A DNA stretch of 64,000 nucleotides from Harriotta raleighana (taxonomy: Eukaryota): the NCBI GenBank assembly GCA_050575255.1, contig JBNZDD010013650.1:1020198-1084197 (forward strand). Reading direction: 5' to 3'. Under the pieces are notes generated by a model. The model saw nothing but the letters and a program-made list of their open reading frames with translations, ran no database searches and had not been told where the DNA came from. The stretch's first letter is position 1, and every line of letters starts with the position of its first letter. Of the stretch, positions 44,224 through 55,900 are shown piece after piece. A program made the position numbers and the translations under genes.

Positions 44224-47200
44224 GCATCTCATTAACATTCCAACCGAACGTACGTACGTGGAGTCGGGGCTGAATTTACAGCGTAGAGCGTAGCGCTTGT
44301 GTGCTGGGATCTTGGTTTTAGGAATGAGCTGTGTCACTTCCTCTCCGATACCTCCAGTCAGGTTCCACACATAGCAATTCCCCTACGGAGAGAGTGCACT
44401 CGCGTGTGAACCATTGAGTGTGATGGAGCATGCCCCTGACACCCGAGCCCCACTGTCCTCCTGACCCCCAGCCTCCTGCCCCCCACCAGCCCTCACCCTT
44501 CTGACCCCTGCCATTGCCCTCCTGGCTTCTGGCCCCTGCCCTCCTGACTCCACTCCCTCGCATCAGCCCCACTCTCTTGATGTCCACCTTTATGACCCCT
44601 GCCTCTGCTCTGTGCTACTCACTGAGCTGTTGACGGCTGCCATGTAACTGGCATCAGGATCAATATGAACAGCGTTGACGGAAACATCGGGCTCAGGGAT
44701 CAGTTGCTCGTTGTGGTCAGTTTTCAGGTCCCAGATGTGAATGGCTCCACTCTGGTCCCCTACAATCAGCTCAGCCTGCCCAGAGAGAGAGAGAGTGTGT
44801 GAGGGAGAGCGAGAAGGACATTGTTTCACTTACATTCACTTCTTCCAAAGAAGTGGTTCCCAACCTTTTTTTGCTGCAACCCAAATTAGCCACCAACAGG
44901 TCCTCCCCACCCTTAGNCTCCAAAGAAGTGGTTCCCAACCTTTTTTTGCTGCAACCCAAATTAGCCATTAGGGGGGGGAGGGGGCGACATTGCGACTGAA
45001 GCGACGCTCAGCCAAGACGATATCTCCGTCTCTTTTGTGGACAGCGCAACTCGTATGTACGGTCTTTCATACAAATTGGTCAGCGGTGTTGCCTCGGGCA
45101 CTTTTCAGCATTAAAAAAAGCAACAATAAAAAATTCTGATGACCCTTTGCGGTTCTACTGAGGACCCCCGTGACCCTGATTTGGGAGCCACTGCTTTAAA
45201 GCCTGTCTGTGACGAGTCCTTAAGAAGAGAATGCTGAGAACTGAAGGTAAGTAAGTACTTATCCAATGAGGCTATCTGGTGGCATGGAGAAGATAATAAT
45301 AATCCTTGCATTTGATATAGTGTATATTGTAAGTGAATTGACTGTGTATTTTGCGGGCGAAACATGGCAGCCAATTGCGCACACAGCGTCCCACAAACAG
45401 TCATGGATTGAGTAACCAAATTATTATGTTGTTTGAAAAGGGATTATTCCCCCCCTGGAAAAGCGATCTACCAAATTGACAAACAACTGAGTTCCTAGTT
45501 ACTGCTGGTAAACACAAGCGTTTGGAGTAAGGAAACTTTCCCAAACTTACGCCCAGAATGGAACCCAGAACACTAGACCAATAAAGCCACAGGAACTTTA
45601 TATCCATGTGACCAGAAAGACAAAATGTCAGTTTAGCATTTCATTCAGAGGACGTCACCGCCAACAATGCAGCTCTCTCCAGGCGTGCCGGAGAGCAGTA
45701 CGCACGAGGAGATACGCTGGCTGCAGGGACAGAAACATGGTGACAGAGGGATAAAGAAATGCCAGGTGGTAGTCCAGGTCGGGTATTGAATTGTACCTGG
45801 TTTGGATGCAAACAAACACAGTTGATCGGAGCATTGACTTGGAAAATTCTCTGGCACTGCAAATTACGTGACCTGTAGAAAGAGAGGGAGAGAGAGTCAC
45901 TACAGCCCAGAGACAGATGCAGCTCTCTACCCTTACCCGATTCCCTGCTCTTACTCTTTCAGCAGTAACTTTCCAGAGCCTTGGGAAATCCTGACGTGAA
46001 AATTTACAAATGTAATTTTGTTGTTGTTGTTTCCTCCATCGTGTCTGTGTTCGCTCCCCCATTGGAGCTCTCTGTTCTAATCGTTTATCAGATTCCCATA
46101 TTCTAATCCATATTCTAATGGATTGCTGAAATGCATCCAGTAATGAAAAACTTCAACACTTGCCAATGGGATAACGTGAAACTGAAGGATGTTGACAAAG
46201 TCACTTTACCAACAGAGAATTATACATTCAGATTCAAGCCCAATACTGGCAACTCGTCTAAATTTCTTGCAATTTCATTTGTCTGTCTCCTCATATTTTC
46301 TATTGTGGCACTATTTCATAGCGATCTAGTGATTCAGATGCTTGTATTTCTGAAAACTCATCTGTACACATTTGCTAGTTCATTGTGGGAGAAACTTGAA
46401 CCAACCTACTCCAACTTCTTCTGGGGTGAGATTGTGGATGTAGTTTCACTTCTATATCAAGCCTGTAAAAATAAGTTTCAGTGGCTTTTGGAAAATATGG
46501 ATTATTTGGAGTCCAAACTCTTTTAGATGAAGCAAAACATCAGTTCCACAAAACCACAGCTGTAGTGCATACCATCAAATAGTTGGATTTGTATTGGATA
46601 TCCAGGGTTGTTCTTCTTCATAGCAATGTGTATGAGAAATTACAATGTACCCTTATTTTGAACCAATTAGATAAGTGGAAATTCAAATAATACATGAAAA
46701 AACTACAGGCTTTACTGTATGATATACGAGCACCCAGCCTCCCAGTGAGGAGGAGGAGGATCAGCAGGTGGCATCCACTGGGATCGACCGCATCGATGCC
46801 CTGGTTCCCGCCTTTTTGAAGGTGGTTGAGGCGGGCGGCGAGGACATGGAGCTGGACTGTTGTCAATTGTTGTTGTTGTTTCTTCTGTTGTTGCTTTTGC
46901 TTATTATTGTTGATGATGTTTGTTGTTGTTGTTTGCCCCCCCTACCCCCTGACCTTTTGCCCTCCTTTTTCTTCTTCCCTCTCTCCCTTTCCCCCCTTCC
47001 CTCCCTCTTCCCTCTTGCCCCGCTTTCTCCTTGGTTTCCCTCCCTCTACCTTTCCCCCCCTCTTCCCCCTGGCTACCATTTCTCCCTCCTTGTCCTCCTT
47101 GATTTCCCCCTTGTCCTCCTTTCTCCGCCCTTTCTCCGTCCTTTTTCCTCCCTGATTTTACCCCACCCGCTTTTCCCTCCGTCTCCCCCCTTGTCCCTTT

Positions 47201-48840
47201 TTCCCCCTTTCTCCCCTGGCCCCATTTCCGTGTGTGTTTGTGGGACACTGCTGTGCGCAAGTTGGCTGCCGCGTTTCGCCCACAAATATACAGTCAGTTT
47301 TTCCTGCTATTCTTCCCCCGACCCCTCCCCCCACTTGACTGTACAGCGCCTTGGGACGTCCTCCTGACGTGAAAGGCGCTATATAAATATAATATATACA
47401 TACATACAATCATACTGTGTTTACTCTCTCCCCTTCAATACCTCAGGTCCCAGATCCTTGCCATGCAGTCCTCGCCGCCGGTGTACATCCACCTCCCGTC
47501 CTCGTGAAACCCAACTGAGGTGATGTTCTTACTGACTCCGTCATAGTTAATAACAGGATTCGGGTTATTGGAATTCAGGTCATACATTCGGATATGCTGA
47601 TACCCTGCGAAAGATAAAGGAGCTTCAGAGCAGAGCTCAATGGCACGCAGCCTCCCTCCATTAAACATACCCTCACCCATACACCCCCCACCACATATAA
47701 CAACAACTTGGATTTATATAGCGCCCTCCACGATGAATGGTGTCGCAGAGCGCTTACACACCATACACATCACCCCACCCACCCAAAAACACACACATTC
47801 TCAAACACAACATACCCCCTCGGGTGTATAATGGCTGTATCACATCCTGGGATGACTGTACGCTGAGACCTTATGCTCACCTGCAGCTGCAATCATACTA
47901 CGATCTGGGGTGATCTCCAATGAGTTCACTTGCTGGTCATTTGGTTAAGAAAATGTGTGACTCACACACAGCCTCTCTCCCCTGGGAGTTTACAATAATA
48001 ACAACAAAATTCCATTTACAGAGTGCTCTTCATGTCGGGAGGAAGTCCCAACATGCTGAACTGTCAGGTTGGGACCTGAGCAAGAGGGAGGGGTAGGGGG
48101 ATGTAAGAGAGTTGGGAGGGCAGCAGAAAGCAAAGATCAAAGAGGAGGGTCTTGAGACTGGCCTTGGAGGCAAGAGATGAAGCGAGTCGAAGGGACTGTG
48201 GGATGGGGTTCCAGAGTGTGGGGGTAGAGAGGCTGAAAGCCCTTCCATGGCTGGTAGGCTGGGTCGGGCGAGGTACATGGAGCAGACTGCAGCCCTCTGA
48301 ACGGAGGGGACGGGCAGGTTCATAGGGGCCAGCAGGTCGGAGAGATAGGGTGAGTAAGGCTGTGAATGGCTTTGAAAGTGAGGATGTGGATCTTGAATTA
48401 GTTTTATGAGATTTAAGATATTTGTCAGGGGCATGTGTGTATGTGGGCATGTGTGTGTGTACTGGAATGGTGTTGTGCAATTTTGTTGCTCAATTGTCTT
48501 CTGATGTCCTCCTGACGTGAAAGGTGCTCTATAAATATAATTTTGTTGTTGTTGTAGTATGCGGGCGGGGGTGTGTATTCGGGTGTGTATATGCGGGTGT
48601 GTGCATACGGAAGAGTGTGTGTACGCAGGTGGGTGTGCGTGTATGCAGGTGGGTGTGAGTGTGTATGCGGGTAGGTGTGTGTGTGTGGTGGGCATTTGCT
48701 GGTGAGGATACAGAGTCCTGGTGCTGGACGGTGCGGGTGCAGATGCCGCTGTGAGCCTGCCAGAAGCGCACGGTGTGGTCGTACCCGGCCGTGGCCAGGA
48801 TGACCGGGTCACTGCCGACGGTGCCTTGGTTCACGTTCAT
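42258..48840 (-). CDS. MLST8: Target of rapamycin complex subunit LST8 (WD40)
   Basis: Exons 48712-48840, 47881-47932, 47442-47604, 45797-45872, 44623-44775, 44257-44382, 43541-43703, 43250-43369; the last two are duplicated at 42549-42711 and 42258-42377, the copy followed by a polyA signal at ~42172. Peptides: [69 protein letters not shown]. Confidence 0.97.
44850..45193. mobile_element. hAT (Charlie-like) non-autonomous element; left end duplicated around an N
   Basis: agtggttcccaacctttt ... ttgggagccactg termini; a ~70-nt repeat is separated by the N at 44917. Confidence 0.6.
45290..45610 (-). mobile_element. tRNA-derived SINE
   Basis: Reverse complement of the same family as 40021-40310. 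Confidence 0.7.
46131..46526 (+). CDS. Uncharacterised 131-aa putative membrane protein nested antisense in an MLST8 intron
   Basis: Uninterrupted ORF in AT-rich, non-repetitive sequence; hydrophobic segment [18 protein letters not shown]; plausible acceptor ctctctgttctaatcgtttatcag at 46091; purine at -3. No homolog recognised. Confidence 0.45.
   Translation: MHPVMKNFNTCQWDNVKLKDVDKVTLPTENYTFRFKPNTGNSSKFLAISFVCLLIFSIVALFHSDLVIQMLVFLKTHLYTFASSLWEKLEPTYSNFFWGEIVDVVSLLYQACKNKFQWLLENMDYLESKLF
46945..47228. repeat. ~280-nt polypyrimidine/polypurine tract
   Basis: Almost exclusively C/T on the + strand. Confidence 0.9.
47933..48711 (-). other. MLST8: U12-type (minor spliceosome) GT-AG intron of MLST8
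   Basis: 5' site GTATCCTC; branch TTCTTAAC about 11 nt before the AG; no polypyrimidine tract. Confidence 0.8.
48060..48420 (-). mobile_element. L2 LINE 3' fragment
   Basis: Reverse strand encodes [27 protein letters not shown], the L2 ORF2 C-terminus. Confidence 0.75.
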
Positions 48841-49047
48841 GTCGGAGCTCACACTCGCTCACGGCTGCTCACACTCGCTCACAGCTGCTCACACTCACTC
48901 AAGGCCACTCACAGCTGCTCACGTCTGAAAAATTAACATGAGACCAGCATGAACCCGGGCATTGACACCCTGGCACCCCAATTGGGGCTCCACCCCCCTC
49001 CCTCCCCACCCTCCTCACCCTGTCAAACAGGTTTCTGAGTTGCTGGA

Positions 49048-49155
49048 GTCAGTTCTGACAAGGGTTGTGGACTTGAAACGTTTGACTTACTTTCCTTTCT
49101 CCATGGATGCTGCCTGACCTGCTGAGTTTCCCCAATAATTTCTGTGTTTGTTTCT
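49048..49155 (+). mobile_element. Penelope-type repeat remnant with a degenerate minimal hammerhead ribozyme
   Basis: agtt-ctgacaa-gggttgtggactt-gaaac-gtt-tgact followed by gatgctgcctgacctgctgag; the tail motif recurs at ~49840-49880. Confidence 0.55.
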
Positions 49156-49159
49156 GAGT

Positions 49160-49954
49160 TGCTGGACTGGCTCTCGGGGCCGCCCAGGGTGTTCCCGGCA
49201 GAAACTCCGCCAACAACCGACACACAAACAGCTGCGCCCGAGGTGGGTGCCGAGGACGCGGGAGCGAGGAGCCCGGGGTTGGGGAGGGAGGCCCGGAGGG
49301 TGGGGAGGGAGGCCCGGAGGGTGGGGAGGCGGGTTGCCCGGAGGGGAGGGAGACTCGGGGAAGAGGGAGGGAACGGAGTCTGTACCGGCGGCGAGAGGAG
49401 GCTATGCCGCTCAGAGCCGAGCATTCGGGACCTCAGCTGGTTCTCCACCCTGTTGTGCGCTAATGGCGGCCGTATCACCTACATTAGAAACTGCAAGTCC
49501 CTGGTGAGCCATCACACTCGGTCACTGGCGCCCAAGAAGGCTCCGCAGGCGCCATTTTGATAAAACCATCGCTCGCAAAGCAGTGAAGGGAGCGGGCGGC
49601 CATATTGGTAAAGGCAAAGCGAGCAATGCATGGTGGGGCAGGGGGGGAGGCGGTGGCCATCTTGGTAAAACTGTGACCCGCGATGTGGTGAAGGCGATGG
49701 CGGCCATCTTGGTAAAGGCAGAGTGCGCAATGCATACATTCGTCTCGGTATGATCACAATAAAACCGGCACGCTAACCGGCAAGGCAGTGACATACACCG
49801 GCCAGATGGCAGCTCTACTGCCCAAGTATAAAAGCTGCACAGATGCTGCCTGACCTGCCGAGTGTTCCCCGAATTCTGCTTTACTGTGAAGGCTGCTGAC
49901 TTGGCTGTCACTTTCCTCAGCAGTTAATTAACATTGCGCCGGTGGGATTGCGGA
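49160..49954. promoter_or_regulatory. CpG-rich bidirectional promoter MLST8/HEXD-like containing four YY1-like motifs
   Basis: Divergent genes; GCCAT(C/T/A)TTG at ~49551, 49599, 49656 and 49703; TATAAAA at ~49827, about 130 nt upstream of the HEXD-like ATG. Confidence 0.65.
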
Positions 49955-52900
49955 ATGGTGAGGAGACCCTACATCGTGGCCCTGCGGCTGCTGGTGCTGC
50001 TGATCCTCCTGTTGGTGGGCGCCAACCTTCTTTACCCAACAGAGTGAGTGGCTTCTCCGCATTACTGGGTGCTGTGACTCACTGGCGTGCGAGCTGGGTG
50101 CTGCTGGCAAGGTGTATGTCCACCGAGAATCAGAAGATAATCTACAAACCACAGGTTTAAGAGGGTTTGGTGGGTGGCCAGAGGCATGGTCGAGGAGAAA
50201 GGACTTGGGGCATGCCTTGAAGTCAAGGGAAGGAGTGAGGTGAAGGGAATGTGGGATGGCGTTCCAATGTGAGGCAGGTCAGAGTCTGCTGAGCGGGGAA
50301 CGAGCAGGGCATTGGAAGGGAGGGTCAAGCCTGGTTGTAGTGAAGACATGAATGAGAGTTTCAGGCAATGTTGAGGAGGTGAAGGAAAGCAGAGCGGGGT
50401 CATGGTGTGGATGTGGACAAGAGAAGACAGTTGAGGGTCGAATGACACACCCAGGTACCTGATTGGCTTGGTGAGGTGGAGTGTGCATCCATGGATGCTG
50501 CTGCTGCCAGTGCCTGAGGTGTAGAGGCATGCGCCAATCAGGAGCAAATTTACAACAATAAAATTACATTGATAGAGCACCTTTCACATTGGGAGGACGT
50601 CATTCATTGAGCTTCTTGAAGATAAATCCTGTAGTCCTGTAGCTCAGTGGTTAGAGCACCCACCTCACAAGCGAGGCTTCTGGGTTCGATTCCTGACAGG
50701 GCACAGTCATGAGCAAGTTTCCTTACTCCAGACTCCTGAGAATATTCCTTCAAAATAACAATAATAAATTGATTACATCAATCCATTTGTGGGTCACTAC
50801 TGTGCCCAATTGGCTGCCTCATTTTGCCTACAAATATAGTCAATTCATTTTACAGGAAATTCTGTGAATCGCTTTGAGATGTCAAAAACTTGTGAAAAGC
50901 TATATATCAAATGTAAGGATTATTATTTTTATTATTAAATGTTTTATTCTGCATTTAAGATCAAAGCCAATGGAAGAACCAAACCGTATTGATTTTTGGA
51001 AAAAGAGAAAAGACCCAAGAACCAAAGCATCATTGGAGAACAGGGAAATCATAGCAGCAACTCAGCTTAGGACAACAACAGAACAGAAAGTCAACAAAGG
51101 AAATAAACGACAGCCCAAACAATATGGACCAGCAGGGATGAAAATTGTGCATTTGGACCTGAAAGGAGCTGCCCCAAAGCTCTTATACCTGGAGCAGGTG
51201 AGAGGACATTGGGTGAGGGGCTTGAGAAATGGTGCAGAAAGTAGGGCTTCAGGTTCTTGGAACATTGGAACTAGTTCTGGGTCAGGTGGGATTTATACAA
51301 GGTGGATAGGTTACATCTGAATAGGGCTAGGTGCAATGTCCTCAAGGGAGGTTAACTGGTGCTATGAGGAAGAGTTTAAACAAATTTCGAGGGGGAAAGG
51401 GAACCAGAGAGCATCAACGAGGACAAACAAGTTACATAGAGGGCTGGGGAGATGAACCACAATGCAATAAAAGATAATATGGAAAAAGGAGGGATTAGAC
51501 ATGGGAGAAATGCAGAGCAGAGAAGACATGTGGAATACAAGTGGTGGATGAAATTTAATGTGGAGAAATGCAAAGTGGTGCATTTTGGAAGGAAGAACAA
51601 GAGGTATTATAAGCTGATGGTAGAACCTTGAAGGGGTGAAGGAACAAAGAGACCCGGGGGTTCAAATAAGTAAATCATTGAAGGTTGCAGGACAGGTAAA
51701 TAAAGATGTTAAACAAAAGGAATATGGATGCAAAAAAAAGCATATAAAAGGATACTCGGCTTTATAAATAGGAGCATAGAATATAAAGACAAGAGGTTAT
51801 GATGACCTTTATAAAACACTGGTTATGCCTTAGCTGGTTGAGTTCTGGGCACCACACTTTAGAAAGGATGTCAAGGTATTGGAGAAGGTTCAAAGGAGAT
51901 TTACCAAGATAATACCAGGACTGAGAAACTTCAGTTATGAAGAGAGGCTAGAGAAGCTAGGATTACTCTCAGAGAAGAGAAGGTTAAGGGGAGACTTAAT
52001 AGAGATGTTCAAAATTATGAGGGGGTTTGAGAGGGTGAACAAGGAGAAAATATTTCCATTGGCGAGTGGATCGCTCCGTGGATCAGGGGAAACAGATTTA
52101 AAATAGTTGTTAAAAGAATCAGAGGGGAGATGAGGAGACTTTTTTTTTTACACAGTGAGTTGTTCAGATCTGGAATGCATTGCCTGAAAGGTTGGTGGAA
52201 ACCGAGTTGAAAAGTGATTTTAAGAGAGAAGTTGATAGTTATTTGGGAAGGACAGGTTTGGGAGGGGGAGTGGGAATGATTTGGACAGCTCCTTCTGTGT
52301 TGTATAATTCTATGATTCTATGAAAAGAAGTGCAGTTTGGGTGTAATATTTTTGCAGATATTTTCCCTCCTGCACACACTTGGTGTCCACGGTGTTCTGA
52401 TGGAATACGAAGACATGTTTCCTTTTGAAGGTGATCTTGAAGTCCTTAGATCCACGTATGCTTACAGGTAAGGTCAGGATCTGATATGTACAGGGAGATT
52501 GGGGCGTCATTACCTGCCGACATCACTCGGCAAGATTGAGTGAGAGGGAAACAGTGGAATAGAGAATGCTGTGATACCATGTTGTTCTGTGTAAAGCAGT
52601 AATTCTGTGGTGCTTTCTCTGCAGTTCTGCTGATATTGAAAAAATCCAGGACTTGGCGGACAGAAACCAGCTAGAGATTATTCCTCTGGTTCAGACATTT
52701 GGACACATGGAAGTGAGCTTAGTGGCTGTTTATTGATCAGTTTATCTGTCCTCCCGTCACCATGCAGTGTGCTACTGCTGCGCTCGCTGTGTTAAGTAAT
52801 GTGTGTTTTTCCTCCAGTTTGTGCTGAAACACGACAAGTATCAATCTCTGCGGGAGGTGGCAAATTATCCTAACAGCCTGAACCCACATCTCTCCGACTC

Positions 52901-55900
52901 CCTGAAGCTAGTGAAGGAAATGGTCCGTCAGATCCTGGATTATCATCCCACTTGTTCTCGGATCCACATTGGTGCAGACGAGGTTTGTGTTCACAGCTCG
53001 CTTATGGTATTATAGTCCCCAGTTCAGTAATTCATGGTATTGTTGCTGTGGGGAGATTCCTGTACCTACTGTTGTTATAGCTGATAAGTGTGGATAAGTG
53101 TGAGCCCTGTGGAGAACATGTAGGGGTTTCTCCCCCTACCAGGGAAGGGCAGAGCGGGGAATCTCCAGCCCAGGACTCACAACTCCGAGTTTGATGCTGT
53201 GTGAAGGCTGTGTTATGTTGTTATATGTGATGTTGTAGTGGATATTTACTGAGCAAAGAGCATCTGTTGTGTTTATGTTGTCAGGTTTATTATCTGGGGG
53301 AAGGAGTGGAGTCAAAGCTGTGGTTGAGCGAGCAGCGAGGGGATGAGGGGAAGCTCTTCCTAGATCACGTTCTGGCTGTCAGCAGCCACCTGACCACTAC
53401 ATACCCAGGGCTGGAGGTCATCATGTGGGATGACATGATGCGGAAAATCAGCAACGAGATGATCCAGAGTAAGTGGTTTCCAATGGCTGATGCCAGCAGG
53501 GGGTGTCTCACACAGCACAAGCTGTGGATCTGGCCTATTTACCCACCCCCACTGCTCTGGTCACCTTCTTCCCCCATCAGCTTGGTCTCTGAGATGGCTG
53601 TGTGAAACTTCCCCTGATGGTAAAGGGGTACTCTATTCCAGATGCCTAATAATAATCTCTCGGGAAAAAACCCAATAATAAATGGTCATTTCATTCCATA
53701 CACAGAATGGTGGAATGGGCTGACATGTGGCAGATGGATTTCAATGTGGATAAGTGTGAGGTCATACACTTAGGTAGGAAAAATGATAGGAGGCAATATA
53801 GACTTGGTAGCTGAATCTTACGGTGGTTGAACGTACAGATAGATCTGGGTGTTCAAGGAAGCGAATCATTAAAGGTAGCAGGGTAGGTAGATAAGGCAGT
53901 AAAAAAAAGGCATTTGGTGTACTGAGCTTTATTAGCAGGGGCATAGAGTATAAGAGTAGGGAGGTTATGATTAATCTATAAAAAACACTGGTTAGGCCTC
54001 AGCTGGAGTACTGTGTCCAGTTCTAGGCACCTTACTTCAGAAGGACATTAAGGCACCGGAAAGGGTGCAGAGGAGATTCACGAGAATGATTCCAGGAATG
54101 AGAAACCTTAGCTATGAGGACAGGCTGGAGAAGTTAGGACTTTTCCCATTAGAGCAGAGAAGGTTATGCGGGGACCTGATAGAGGTCTTCAAGATCATGA
54201 AAGGTTTCGACAGGCTAGATAGGGAAAAGCTGTTTCCGCTGGTAGGCTCCCATGGTCAGTCTTAAGATATCTACCAAAAGAAGCAGAGGGGAGGTCAGAA
54301 GAAATTTTTTTACTCAGCGAGTTGTTCAAATTTGGAATGATCTGCCTGAAAGGGTAGTGAGGTCCAATTCGATAGCAGCTTTTAAGAGAGAACTGGTTAG
54401 GTATCTGGGGAAGACTGGTTTGCAGGATTATGGGAAGAAAGCTGGTGATTGGGATTAATAAAAGTGACATTGCTCTGTCAAAGAGTCGGCACAGACTCGC
54501 TGGGCCGAATGGCCTCCTTCTGTGCAGTAACATTCTATGACAGTTTGTGGGACTCTGCTGTGCCAATTGGCTGCTGTGTTTCGCCCCCAAATATACAGTC
54601 AATTCACTTTACAGTATATTCATAGAATCTTACGGCACAAAAGGAGACCATTTGGCCCATCGAGTCTGTGCCAGCTTTTTGAAAAGAGCAACTGAATCCC
54701 ATTCCCCAGCTCTCTCCCCATAACTGCACAAACCCATCCTCCCCAAATAAATGTCTATCTCTCTTTTAAAAGTTGTCAACGAATCGGCCTCCACCAACTT
54801 TTCAGGCAATGCATTCCAGAGTCGAACAACTTGCTGAGTGAAAAAATATTTTGTGAAACTCTTTGAGATGCCTAGAAGATGTGATAAGATGCTGTATCAA
54901 ATGCAAGGTTTATTATTATTATGGAAAAGGCACAATGTAAATTGTTGTTAATTAAATTTCTCAATGTTTATTTTCCACAGAGACGGGGATCGCTCAGTAT
55001 GTGGCTCCCATGGTCTGGTTTTACGCTGCTCAGTTCAGCACTGATTCCGTTGGTAAGAGAGAGACACACTGAAGCTCCATTATCAATATTTGGTTGATAA
55101 GTGTTTACAGCTGTCAAAAAGAAATAAGGAAATTATTTGAATAAACTGTAAGGATTATTTTTGTGAACTAATTTTTCGGTTTTACAATAAATCTTCATTC
55201 TTCACATCAGAGGGGATTCTCAACAAGTTTGTGGAGAGTGGATTCCGCAAAGTCTGGTTTGCCAGCGCCTTCAAAGGGGCCTCGGGGGCAGCTCAGGACA
55301 AGACCCCGATTAACCTACATCTACAGAACCAGATCCAGTGGCTGAAGGTCATTAACTCTCTGCCCAAGTTCCCTTCACTTCGCTTCCAGGGACTTGCATT
55401 AACAGGCTGGCAAAGGTCAGACACGCACGCTGAACGTTTGCTTGCTTCATTAATATTTAAGATGTTTCTGTGTTACGATGCTTTAATTCATCAGTGTTAA
55501 CCTCTTCCCCCTCACCTCCACAAGCAGCAGCTTGCTGGTTTGTGCTTCTGCCTTCTTCCACGTGCACATTATCTGCCTCCACCAATACCTCTTCCCAGGC
55601 CGCCGAGAGCCTCACTCCCTCCATTCGGCGGGCACTGGCTTGCTCCATGTTCCCCACTGGGCTTGCCTCATCATCTGTGGTTGGGTCTACAGCTATTTTT
55701 CCCACCTTCTGGAACTTCCCTTCGCCCCTCCCTGACCTTCTTCAAGGCCTATCTTAAGACCTTCCTACCTGCTTGATTCCAATCCCCCAGCACCTCCTGG
55801 TGCATTTCCTTCACTATCCAGTTCCTTGGGACATTCCGATGTGAAAGGCATGATATAAATGCAATCCGTTGTTATATTAGAAAAGGTCTCAATGATTATG

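Noticed and set aside
46768-47367. 199-aa Leu/Pro/Phe-rich ORF
   Set aside because: Largely a translation of (TTG)n and the polypyrimidine tract.
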